DNA of 62,685 nt, counting the filler, from Schmidtea nova (lineage: Eukaryota), in the NCBI GenBank assembly GCA_044892505.1. It is 6 parts of 2 records of this genome, joined end to end, with 100 filler letters (N's around TTAATTAATTAA, not from the genome) between each part and the next. Parts side by side here need not be neighbours in the genome. Positions count along the whole stretch, not along the records: positions 10,860 to 27,541 come from CM097883.1; positions 27,642 to 34,943 come from CM097882.1; positions 35,044 to 41,166 come from CM097882.1; 3 more parts are not named here. One strand, given 5' to 3'. Position 1 is the first letter of the stretch, and every line of letters begins with the position of its first letter. Shown here in pieces: positions 24,520 to 35,672 of the stretch. The notes under the pieces were generated by a model. The model was not told where the DNA came from. It ran no database searches and saw only the letters and a program-made list of their open reading frames with translations. A program made the position numbers and the translations under genes.

Positions 24520-24940
24520 TGTATTGTTCTTTGCTCTGTTCTCGTTTATATTTTCAAACGTCATGGGTGAAATGCCACATACATTGGAAAAGACTGCCCG
24601 TCTTCTCTGTATTCGAGTTTCAGAGCGGAGTCAATTAATGGGATTTAGCGTTGTTTTCAGTCATATCGTTGTTTGTGAATATGTGAGTGTGAGAGTTTTG
24701 GGTCCGTGTGTTTGCCTCATTTTTTGCGGTTTAAGTAAATTAACTGATGTGGTTGTTGATGGTGTTTATTTTCTTCTTTTGATTTGTGTTCTATACTCGT
24801 TTAATTTTTCAAATGTCATGGGCGTAATGCCACATACTTTGGACAAGACTGACCGTCTTTTCTGTACTCGAGTTTTAGAGCATTTTCAATTGGGGATTAT
24901 GGATTTCGTTTTCAATCATTCTGTTGTTTATAAATATGAA
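24520..24940 (+). mobile_element. Decayed Penelope-like GIY-YIG endonuclease fragment, tandemly duplicated (~260-bp period)
   Basis: LVYIFK.HG*NATYIG plus KTARLLCIRVSE; second copy KCHGRNATYFG plus KTDRLFCTRVLEH. Confidence 0.7.
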
Positions 24941-25157
24941 AATATTTATAATATATTCTTAAAAAAAATATTTTTTTGTATAAAAATAAAAGAATATTAT
25001 ATTTTTAAGATTAATTTATTTAAATTAAAAACTTTTAAATAGATATAAATTTTTTGACTATAAAAAATTTAAAATATATATTTTATTTTAAAAATTAATA
25101 CTAATTTGTTCGAATAAATCGATTTATGTGATTTATATTTCGATGTAAGATTGGGTA

Positions 25158-25198
25158 GCACCTGATGAAGAGAATTAAGTTCTCGAAATATATTGTGC
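25158..25198 (+). ncRNA. Minimal type I hammerhead ribozyme (Penelope pLTR)
   Basis: gcac-CTGATGA-a-gagaa ttaag ttctc-GAAA-tatatt-gtgc; palindromic stem III AATATATT; ~250 nt downstream of the GIY-YIG remnant. Confidence 0.8.
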
Positions 25199-25227
25199 AA
25201 AATATATATTTGGATTCTCGTTTGTTG

Positions 25228-25264
<37 letters not shown>

Positions 25265-25371
25265 AAATTTGAAATTCGAATTTGGCTTACTATAGCAAAC
25301 GCTATAGTAAGCCAAATCGACAGAAATAAAAAAATCAATGAAAAAAGAAATTTAAAAATATTTCAAAGAAT

Positions 25372-25665
25372 ACAACTATTTGTCCAATCTCAAATCCAAT
25401 TTATTAAGAAGATCTATTAAACTTTTAAAGAAACTTTCAAAGAAACTCCCCATTTGCCAAACACAACAACTATTTTGCCCAATCTCAAATCCAATTTATA
25501 AAGAAGAACTATTAAACTTTTAAAGAAACTTTCAAAGAAACTCCCCATTTGACAAACACAACAACTATTTTGTCTAAGCTCAAATCCAGTTTTTAAAGAG
25601 ACTCTTAACGGAACTTAAAGAAACTTTTTAAAACAACTTCCCATTTGTCCAACTTAACAACTATT
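25372..25665. repeat. About 3 tandem copies of a ~95-bp unit
   Basis: acaactatt recurs at ~25372, 25466, 25561 and 25656 with conserved intervening sequence. Confidence 0.8.
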
Positions 25666-25783
25666 TTTAACCCAAACAATCTAATACAAGTAATTTATCG
25701 TGGTTTTGTAGTTAGACTTTACATTACTTGTTTGATATTAATATATTTTATTAGTTTATTTTATTATTTGAATTTATTATTAT

Positions 25784-27122
25784 TGTACTCGCACGACACA
25801 GCATACACCCCGAGTGTCGGCACATTGCTAACGTCAGACTCTCTCGGGCACTTCCATTCCTCTTACAATGCGAATTAATTATAATGCGAATTCATGAGAA
25901 ATGAAATAAATTTTCTGGGACACACACTAAACGACAAAGGAACACAGCCGATCGAAAACAAAATAAACAATATAAAAAACTACAAACTACCTACAAACAC
26001 AAGAGAGTTGAGGAGATTTTTAGGAATGGTAAACTTCTACCATTCTTACATCCCAAACTGCAGTATATTACTAGCACCATTAAATGACATTATCACAACA
26101 AAACGAAATGTCACAATAAACTGGACTCAAAAAACAACCGAAACATTCGAGAAAGCCAAAGAAAGTCTTTCAACGGCAACACTACTCGGATATCCAGATC
26201 CAGAAATAGAATACCAATTAACTACAGACTGCTCAGGTTTCGCAATGGGTGCAACAATTTTCCAGGAAAACAAATTCGGAAAACAACCACTAGGTTTCTC
26301 CTCTAAAAAGCTAAAGTCACACCAAACAAGGTATTTGACTTTCGACGGAGAACTCCTAGCAATACATGATTCAATCAAACACTTCCAACATTTACTCGAA
26401 GGGCGAACTTTCAAAATATTCACCGACCACAAACCGCTAACAAACGCAATTGAAATGAAAAATCCTTCACCAAGGCAGATCAAACAAATCAACCTCATTT
26501 CACAATTCAATTGTACAATAAACTGTGTAGCGGGAAAATCAAACATAGCAGCAGACGCCTTATCCAGAACCGAAAGTGACATAATTCCTTAGAATTCGGA
26601 GAAATAATTGATTTGGATCAAATCAAACCCAAACAAAACGAAACAATAAGGAAACTGTCTACTAAACACAGCCTGAAACTCCAAGAACTTAACAGAGTAT
26701 GGTACGATGTATCCAACGAAAGCAACAGACAAATTCTACTACCCGAAGAATTCGGCCAAAAATGCATCGAAAAGATCCACTCAATTAATCACCCGGGAAA
26801 CAAAACAACTTTCGAATTAATTCACAACAATTATATATAGCCTGACATGAGGAAAGAGGTAAAAAAGTTTGTCAAAAGCTGCCATAATTGCCAAATAAGC
26901 AAACCGACAAAGAAAATCAAAACAGAAAAAGTAAACTTCCCAAGTAGTCAACTCTTCGAGGTGATTCACATAGACATAGTAGAACCGTTACCACCGAACA
27001 ACGGGTACAACTACTTACTAACAATCATCGACAGAAAGACAAACTGGTTTGAAATCGTCCCAATAAAAGTGTCGGCACATTGCTAACGTCAGACTCTCTC
27101 GGGCACTTCCATTCCTCTTACA
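25784..27122 (+). mobile_element. Ty3/gypsy pol fragment (RT C-terminus, RNase H, integrase N-terminus) bracketed by an LTR-like 55-bp direct repeat
   Basis: FLGH, LRRFLGMVNFY, TDCSGFAMGA, TDHKPL, ADALSR, HSINHPG, CHNCQ, IHIDIV. Identical repeats at 25813-25867 and 27068-27122 end in TACA. Confidence 0.88.
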
Positions 27123-27710
27123 CTACAAAAAATAGACTACCAAACAAACATTAANNNNNNNNNNNNNNNNNNNNNNNNNNNNNNNNNNNNNNNNNNNNNN
27201 NNNNNNNNNNNNNNNNNNNNNNNNNNNNNNNNNNNNNNNNNNNNNNNNNNNNNNNNNNNNNNNNNNNNNNNNNNNNNNNNNNNNNNNNNNNNNNNNNNNN
27301 NNNNNNNNNNNNNNNNNNNNNNNNNNNNNNNNNNNNNNNNNNNNNNNNNNNNNNNNNNNNNNNNNNNNNNNNNNNNNNNNNNNNNNNNNNNNNNNNNNNN
27401 NNNNNNNNNNNNNNNNNNNNNNTTTCAAGGTCAGTTAAAAAAGTAGTTTGTATACTGACACCGAAATGAGTGTAAAGTGACATTTTTATTCCATTTTTCA
27501 AATCACCACTTTGAATTTTAAAACTCAGATGAGTTTTTGAGNNNNNNNNNNNNNNNNNNNNNNNNNNNNNNNNNNNNNNNNNNNNTTAATTAATTAANNN
27601 NNNNNNNNNNNNNNNNNNNNNNNNNNNNNNNNNNNNNNNNNGTCTGATGACTTGTTTGTTTTTAACAAGTAAAGCTTGTGATTATTTGTGATACCCAGTG
27701 CAAATCCCCA

Positions 27711-27752
27711 ATAGCAGACTAGTTTCGAGCTTTTGGCTCTCATCAGTGCTAT
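27711..27752 (-). ncRNA. Canonical minimal type I hammerhead ribozyme with a GUC cleavage triplet
   Basis: atagca-CTGATGA-gagc caaaa gctc-GAAA-ctagtc-tgctat; 6-bp stem I; palindromic stem III ACTAGT. Confidence 0.88.
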
Positions 27753-27858
27753 GCAGGAGACGCGGAAATTTCTCTCCGCGCCAAGTAAGTATAAAACAAA
27801 GTCGAAAGATTTTTGTTATATACTATACCTGGTACACTGGATAAAACATCACTTGAAT

Positions 27859-28086
27859 ATACGAGGTCCTACAGATAATCTATAACTTGCAAACATGGCT
27901 TATGAATTTCATTTTCGCCTCTGCGCACTAAAAGTGTTCAACAGAAACTGTTTGCAAGCGCAACCGACTGCCTTAGCTTCATTATTTCAATTAATTACAG
28001 TTTCTGTAATTGTATAAGGAGTTTTTAAAAAGGAATTACAAATTACAGCTAATCGAACAATACTGGTTTTATTGAAAATCACATAA
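27859..28086 (+). pseudogene. Possible Maverick/Polinton major capsid protein C-terminus
   Basis: LITVSVIV*GVFKKELQITANRTILV resembles the Polinton MCP terminal motif (V.VIVY.EF...LEI...R.V); it lies directly upstream of the protease remnant. Confidence 0.45.
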
Positions 28087-28197
28087 TTTTAATGGTTATA
28101 ATTTTAAATGGTTATAAACTATAAAAAAGTTATAAACTTAAAATTTATCATCAAATGAAGTAAGATTTTAATTTAATTTAAATTTTTATTTTTATTA

Positions 28198-28520
28198 GTT
28201 CTATTCAGATTGAATATATTGCTAGAAGATTATTGGGATAGGAATTTCTTGGTGTTTTTCCGTTGGATAAAATCCCATATATTGATGTAAACAAATCTTT
28301 GATTGTCAATACTCAATCATCAAACCTTAATGGTGAACATTGAATTGCAGTTTATGTGAAACCCGATAAAATACACGTGTTTGATTCAATGTGATTTTAT
28401 TATCCGCCGCTATTGATTAAAAGAATATCGTCAATGTTGATGCCAATTGTATATAACAGAATCTGATACCAGAATCCAATGACAAAAACATGTGGTCAGC
28501 TTGTATAGCGTAGTTAATAA
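28198..28520 (+). pseudogene. Maverick/Polinton adenain-like cysteine protease remnant
   Basis: FLGVFPLD, IVNTQSSNLNGEH*IAVY, VFDSM*, YQNPMTKTCGQ; several nonsense codons. Confidence 0.85.
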
Positions 28521-29049
28521 AGATGTTTAATAAACATATATTTGTATTGAAAATTTGTATTATTTTTAATTCATAATTTTATCAATTTTAATTAAATTTG
28601 TTTTGTTTAAAATTTTACGTTGCAGTTATCTAATTCGTGTGCTTATGTGTGTATCCATGGTAATGTTGATGTGTTGTGTATCATGTAATAATTAAGTATA
28701 TAAACGAGAAAAATTCATTTTAAAATCACTTTTTACTTGATCCCAAATTTGGTAAGTTGATTTTTGTTTAAAGATTTTTTGAATTAATTTTTATTATTTT
28801 TATAATTTTGTGATATTAGAAGGTATTTCTGAAAATATGAATTTCAATTTAATAAAGAAAATGCAAACAATTATTTTATAAAACAAATTTCCCAAAGAAG
28901 AATGTCAAATGTACGTATTTTTAAAATTCTATTTAATGTATTAACATTCTAAAATTAAATTCAAATTAATTGAATATTTATTTAGTTAATTTGAATTTAA
29001 ATTTAGAAAGTTAAATAATTATTAATTTTTAATGATAATTATTAACATA

Positions 29050-29490
29050 TATTATTTAAATTTTAATTAAATTCGAATTATTTGAATATTTAAATAATTC
29101 AATAGTTGAATTATTTAAATATTTATTTAATTTAAATTTAAATTTTATATGCAAAATTAAATATTTAAACAAAATGTATTTTGATTAATATTAATATTAA
29201 AGATATGTAAATTAATTCAAACTATTTGAATATTTAAATAATATATTAGTTGAATTATTTAAATATTTATTTAATTTGAATTTAAATTTTATATGCAAAA
29301 TTAAATATTTAAACAAAATGTATTTTGAGTAATATTAATATTAAAGATATGTTAATTAATTTGAATTATTTAAATATTTAAATAATATATTACTTGAATA
29401 ATTTACTTATTTATTTAATTTGAATTTGAATTTTATATGCAAAATTAAATATTAAAACAAAATGAATTTTGGATAATTATGATATTAAAC
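29050..29490. repeat. About 3 tandem copies of a ~145-bp AT-rich unit
   Basis: aattttatatgcaaaattaaat recurs at ~29140, 29285 and 29428. Confidence 0.85.
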
Positions 29491-30779
29491 ATTTAAATGA
29501 AAAACTAATCTATTTTTCATAGTTGTAAACTAAATATTTCAATAAAAAAGACAAGATTTGAAAATTAAAGTTTATTCATATAAAATAGATTCTATAATTT
29601 TCCAAACTGGCCTGACTGTATTGTTTGTTTCTTTAAAACCCTGTATCCTTATCTTGATTTGATACATTGAATTTTCTTCATGATTTTTAAAATTACAATC
29701 TTTATTAATATTCATGAACGTAAAATCTTCATTAAATTGCATTTCTTTATTAATTGCTAGTAAATTTTCACTTATATTTCATCTATCGATATCTCCAATT
29801 TTCCCAACTTGAATATTGTATAATGATTGTTTCAATATAACTGGTTCCTTAATATAAAAAGAAAATAATAATAATTGTTTTTGATAAATTAATTACCTTA
29901 AATAAATATGTTATTGGGAATTTTAAATATTCCATCGAATATTGAAGAAATCGCACTGCAGGATTTCTAATCAAATTAGCTGCCGAAATAGAATTTTCTT
30001 CAAGAATAATTTTCATAACTTCTTGTTTGGTCATCTTTTTTAATCCTAAAATAAAAAATTAAAAAATATTCATTTTTAAATAATAAAACTTACTTTTAAG
30101 TTGAAACATTTTTAAAATGAAATCTATATTTTATCAGATCATTTATATATATTTTCTAAATTTATATTATCCAATCAAAATTCGTTTAACATTTTATTTG
30201 ATTTTCATTGATTATTATTTATGTGTGCAGATACACGCTTTAATGATATTTTTAAATTGATTTATACATGTTAATTTTTATATGCATATTTTTAATATTT
30301 TTAATTTTTTATAGGCGGATTATATCCCCAATATTGTAATTCATCTTATCATGATGAAAACTGTCATTATTCGATGGAAAGATATTATTCATACACCCAT
30401 AACCGCATCACTTACCTTATTTGTCCCACTTGTAATTCTACTTCTGTCTTTTCTTATGTAGACTTTTATAAGTTTCATTGTGAACATTTGAATCACCACG
30501 TAATATTNNNNNNNNNNNNNNNNNNNNNNNNNNNNNNNNNNNNNNNNNNNNNNNNNNNNNNNNNNNNNNNNNNNNNNNNNNNNNNNNNNNNNNNNNNNNN
30601 NNNNNNNNNNNNNNNNNNNNNNNNNNNNNNNNNNNNNNNNNNNNNNNNNNNNNNNNNNNNNNNTATTAAGAATAAAAATATTAATAATAATAAAAGAAAA
30701 ACACTTATCTGTGATCCCACCCCAAATTAATTAATTAAATGAAATGAAATAGTTGTTCTTTCTGACGACGATGATATAA

Positions 30780-33090
30780 TTGTTCCTTCTGAAATAGTTG
30801 TTCTTTCTGATGACGAACCCATCATAGATGTTCAATATGGTGGTTTCCTTCTTCCTAATGTTAAGTTTGATTTAAGAAAATTTAAGAAAATCACACGACA
30901 CATTTGGCTTTGAAAACTGTAATTTTACACGATATTTAAGTCAATAAATTAAATGACGTTATTAATGAAATGGGGTCTGTCAAAATACAATTTTGTGTTG
31001 ACGTAGAGTTTGAAAAAGATGGTGAATTTTAATCATTTATCATTTCAAACTCTGCAAGACCTATGAGTGATACGTTTTTTGATGAAGGTATTACTCTTTT
31101 AAATGAAAAAATATCTTAAATTAATGAAAAGGGAAGTAATTGGGTTATCAACAAACTCAACGAAATCCATTTTGTATTAACTAAATTTGCAGAAATAAGT
31201 CGATTGAGTGGCAGAGGTCATATAAATACTCCAATTTCTTTATTGACAAAACATTGTACAGTAAATGCAATTAATTCCGATGATTTATGTTTCATTTATA
31301 GCATCTTAGCTATTTTGAAATATGATGAGGTAGATAATAATAGAAATAGAACAAATAATTATAACCTTTCTGATCTTGTCTTAAACCCTTCAGAAATGCC
31401 TATGAGACTGTAATATTTCAAAATTTGAGGCTAAAAACCCTGAACTTGTATTTAATGTTCTTTCTTATAATGAAGATGCTTTGCTTGATATTTTGGCAAA
31501 TCCTGAAGTTTTTAAACATCCCTGTGTTGACATTATCCACAGGTCGAAAGTTGTTGGGGGAATTCCAATTAATTTAATTTTGTTGGAAAGTGGTGATGCA
31601 TATCATTATATTGCAGTCACCGATCTTGAAAGGCTTTTGAATCTTGACGATCATTCAATTTCCAATACTCGCATTCAAAGTATATGGTGTCATCGATGCT
31701 TGAATAGATTTAGAAAACAGGAAGCATTTAATTGTCATCAACAGTTGTGTGCTAAAAATCAATTAGGTACAACTCTTTATACTTTACCAAGATATAAAGA
31801 TTTACAATTTAGTAATTGGGGCAAAACAATTTCCTCCCTTTTGTTGTTTACGCCGATTTTGAGGCAATCTTACCTGTCTTACATGTTCCAATATCTTCCG
31901 GTCTTTTACTTGTAAATAACTTTACTGGCGAAAATATTTACAAGAGTTTCTTAGGTCTTGATTGCGTGACTAATTTTCTTACTGAAATTAGTGATATTTC
32001 TGAAACTATTGTTTATCCCTTTTATAAAAATAATTACAAAAAAGCACTTTTAATGGCAGCGGCTAATAAACGAGCATTTTCAATGGCGACAATTTGTTAT
32101 CTTTGTAAGAAAACCTTAGTCAAACTGGTGAGGGATCATGATCATTACACTGGTGAATTTTTGGGTGCAGCATGTAATTCTTGTTTCAAATCCTGTCGCT
32201 TAAACAAGTTTTTACCCGTTATTTGTCATAATTTAAATAATATTACTTGCACCATATTCTTAAATATGGTTTGGCTAATTTTACAACTTGGAAGGTTTCT
32301 TGTATTCCAACAACCAGTGAAAAAAGGATTGGTGATTTAACCATTAAATTCATTGATTCTCTCCAGTTTGTTAACTCTAGCTTAAATGACGCCGTTAAAA
32401 CTCTTACTTGTTTGCCTTTGATTAGATCTGAATTGTTGATTGTAAGGGTATTTTTCATTATGATTTTGCCACATCTTTAGAAATCCTTAACAACACTAAA
32501 GAATTGCCACCAAAATGGGAAGGTGTTAAACAAGACGGATATGATAAGGCATTGGTGATTTGGAGGGAATCCCAGTGTCAAACTCTGTGTGACTATATGA
32601 TGGTCTACCTTAAACTGGATGTTTTCTTCTTGTTAATTTCTTTCAACAGTTTAGGGCTAAATCTATAGCTCACAGTAGACTTGAGCCTTTGAATTTCTTG
32701 GGGATTTCATGTATGTCGTGGGCTTCTGCGCTTATTACCTTGGATGAACCTCTTGAGTTGCTCCAGGATATGGAGATTTATAATTTTTTCCGAAGGGGGA
32801 TCTGTGGTGGATTGACATTTGTCAACAAGCATCATGTAGTATCCTCCGAAACGACCGAACTTTTATACATTGATATAAATAATTTATACGGGTGGGCTTT
32901 AAGTCAAAAATAACCTTATGGTGAATTTAGTTGGATCACAGATTAAAATAAATTAAATAAATAAAATATATTAATGGATGCTGATTTAGCTATTTTAACT
33001 TATGGCGTGATTTTTGAAGTGGATCTTGAAATCCCTTCAGAAATTTACGATAAATTAAATGATTTCCCGGTTGCAACAGAGAAAATGTGT
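30780..33090 (+). pseudogene. polB: Decayed protein-primed family B DNA polymerase of a Maverick/Polinton (copy 1, 3'-truncated)
   Basis: GSNWVINKL, NAINSDDLCFIYSILA, VVYADFEAIL, RDHDHYTGEFLGAACNSC, YIDINNLYGWALSQK; many stops and frameshifts. Confidence 0.9.
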
Positions 33091-35672
33091 ATTTTTATGT
33101 AAAAGTTCTTGAATTCTAACCAATTTTAACCAAGTAAGGTTTTTTCATGTAAAATTGATCGGAGAAGACCAATTTTTCATGTTTTTACATTTTGACCTTT
33201 TTTTGTTCGCCATTGAATTCTCAGTAGATTGGTATAAAAATTATTGAAATCTTTGCATTTTTGAAAGCTTTGGAAAAAATGATGAAAAAAATAATTTATT
33301 TTATATTTTTTGCAAAAATTATGAAAAAATAAAAAATATATTAAATTTCAGTATTACATCATCAATTGCGTAATAAATACACGTTTATATACATTTTTGA
33401 AGTTATTACAAAATTACGTAACAAAAATTTACGAACCGCTATGTAATAAATATTGTAGTATTATGTGATGATTACGTAACATATAATTAATTACGCAATG
33501 ACTACATACTACACAAAATATTGTGTAATGATTATGCACCATGTTAAGTGTCACATAATGATAATGTAATTTGTAAAGTATTGCGTAATTTTGGGTGGAG
33601 ACGGGAGTAAACTGTATATTGATTATGTAATATATACAGTCTAGGGATAAATGGCTTGTGCTAGATCAATCACTACTCTCTACTAATGTCATTNNNNNNN
33701 NNNNNNNNNNNNNNNNNNNNNNNNNNNNNNNNNNNNNNNNNNNNNNNNNNNNNNNNNNNNNNNNNNNNNNNNNNNNNNNNNNNNNNNNNNNNNNNNNNNN
33801 NNNNNNNNNNNNNNNNNNNNNNNNNNNNNNNNNNNNNNNNNNNNNNNNNNNNNNNNNNNNNNNNNNNNNNNNNNNNNNNNNNNNNNNNNNNNNNNNNNNN
33901 NNNNNNNNNNNNNNNNNNNNNNNNNNNNNNNNNNNNATAAATATATTTATTATTACTTTTATTATAATATTATCATTTCTTTTATTATCATTCGTTTTAT
34001 TATTAAATTACAACTGTCATTTAAAAACTTTAACCAAATTTTTAAATAAAAAATATAAAACAATTCACAAATCTTACATTTGGATATATTTCCTCCATTC
34101 CTCGTATTAATTATCGTCGCGGTATTAAAATCATTTCCATTATTCATCGCGGAATTATGCGTCGCAGCATTAAAAGTGTTCCTCGGGACATTAAAGTCAT
34201 TCATCACGGAATTTAAATTTTGTGTAAAGCATTTGTTAAATATTTAATAATAATAATAATTTTACAATTTGCATGCGTTTCATTACCATTTAATTATATT
34301 ACTTTCATTTAAAATATTCATTTCATTTAATCCATTTTCTATAATTGGTATTAATACATATTAATAATAATCAAGAAATCTACTATTGAAGCCATTCGAG
34401 CCAATTAAAATAGTTGTTCCAGTCATTGCCCCACTTGGAACATTTACATTATTATTTCTTAACATTACTGAAAGAATAATAGTTTAAAAATAATAAAATA
34501 AAATAAACTTACTACTGACACCATTGACATTCATATATTTTACGTTTGAAATATTGCTGAACATATCGAATAATTGATTATAATTAATGATAATAAAGTT
34601 TTGTGATATAGTAAAATGTGATTAAAATAATGAAAACATTACCTTATATCGGCTATTGCATAATATTAATTCAGTCAATGAAATTCGTTTATAGATAGAA
34701 AAAATTCGCACGCACACATACAACATTGATTTACATACTGTGTGTATTGTCATAAGCGCATGTAATACATGAATGTTACGTCATACATAATATTTAGTCA
34801 CACACATGATTACTCACACAAGATTACCACAGAGGTCATGCATCTCAATTGCAAAGCAATTAATTTTGTATTGAAAATAATTAATTTTTCAAATAATCGG
34901 AAAACTTTGTCAAATTATCAGAAAAATCTTCTACGTCCTTAACNNNNNNNNNNNNNNNNNNNNNNNNNNNNNNNNNNNNNNNNNNNNTTAATTAATTAAN
35001 NNNNNNNNNNNNNNNNNNNNNNNNNNNNNNNNNNNNNNNNNNNCGAAAGTAGTAGACGGAATTCCTATTAACTTGATTCTTTTGCAAAATGGTGACTCTT
35101 TTCATTATATAGCAGTAACCAATCTTGATAGGCTTTTAAATCTTGACAATAAATCAATATCTGGTACTCGTATTCAAAGTATATGGTGCCATCGGTGCTT
35201 GAATGGGTTTAGATATCAAGATTCATTTGATCGTCATCAAGAGTTGTGTTCTAAAAATCAATTAGGCACAACTCTATATACTTTACCTAAAAATCCTTAT
35301 TTGACATTTAGTAATTGGGGCAAAACAATTACTCCACCTTTTGTAGTTTACACCGATTTTGAGGCAATCTTACCTGCTGATGATAAGTACTTTCAAAGAC
35401 ATGTCCCAATATCTGCCGGTCTTTTACTTGTAAATAATTTCACTGGAGAAAAAATTTACAAGAGTTTCTTGGGTCTTGATTGCGTTACTAATTTCCTTGC
35501 TGAAATTAACAATATAGGTGAAGAAATTGTTTTTCCTTTTTATAAAAACAATTACAAAAAAACACTTATTATGACATTCGAAAATAAAAGATCATTTGCC
35601 TCATCTACTATTTGTTATCTTTGTAAAAATCGCTTAGTTAATCCGGTTAGAGACCATGATCATTACACTGGT

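Noticed and set aside
25372-25665. CRISPR-like array
   Set aside because: The units are contiguous tandem repeats with no unique spacers, in a eukaryotic context with no cas genes. The same applies to 23774-23920 and 29050-29490.
27644-27680. Plus-strand hammerhead ctgatga-cttgtt..aacaag-taaa
   Set aside because: G12 is replaced by T, stem I does not pair, and it abuts a gap; at best a dead copy.
33960-34660. Small spliced Asn-rich minus-strand gene
   Set aside because: One plausible 45-nt intron yields only a ~40-aa peptide, and the region is flanked by gaps; insufficient support.
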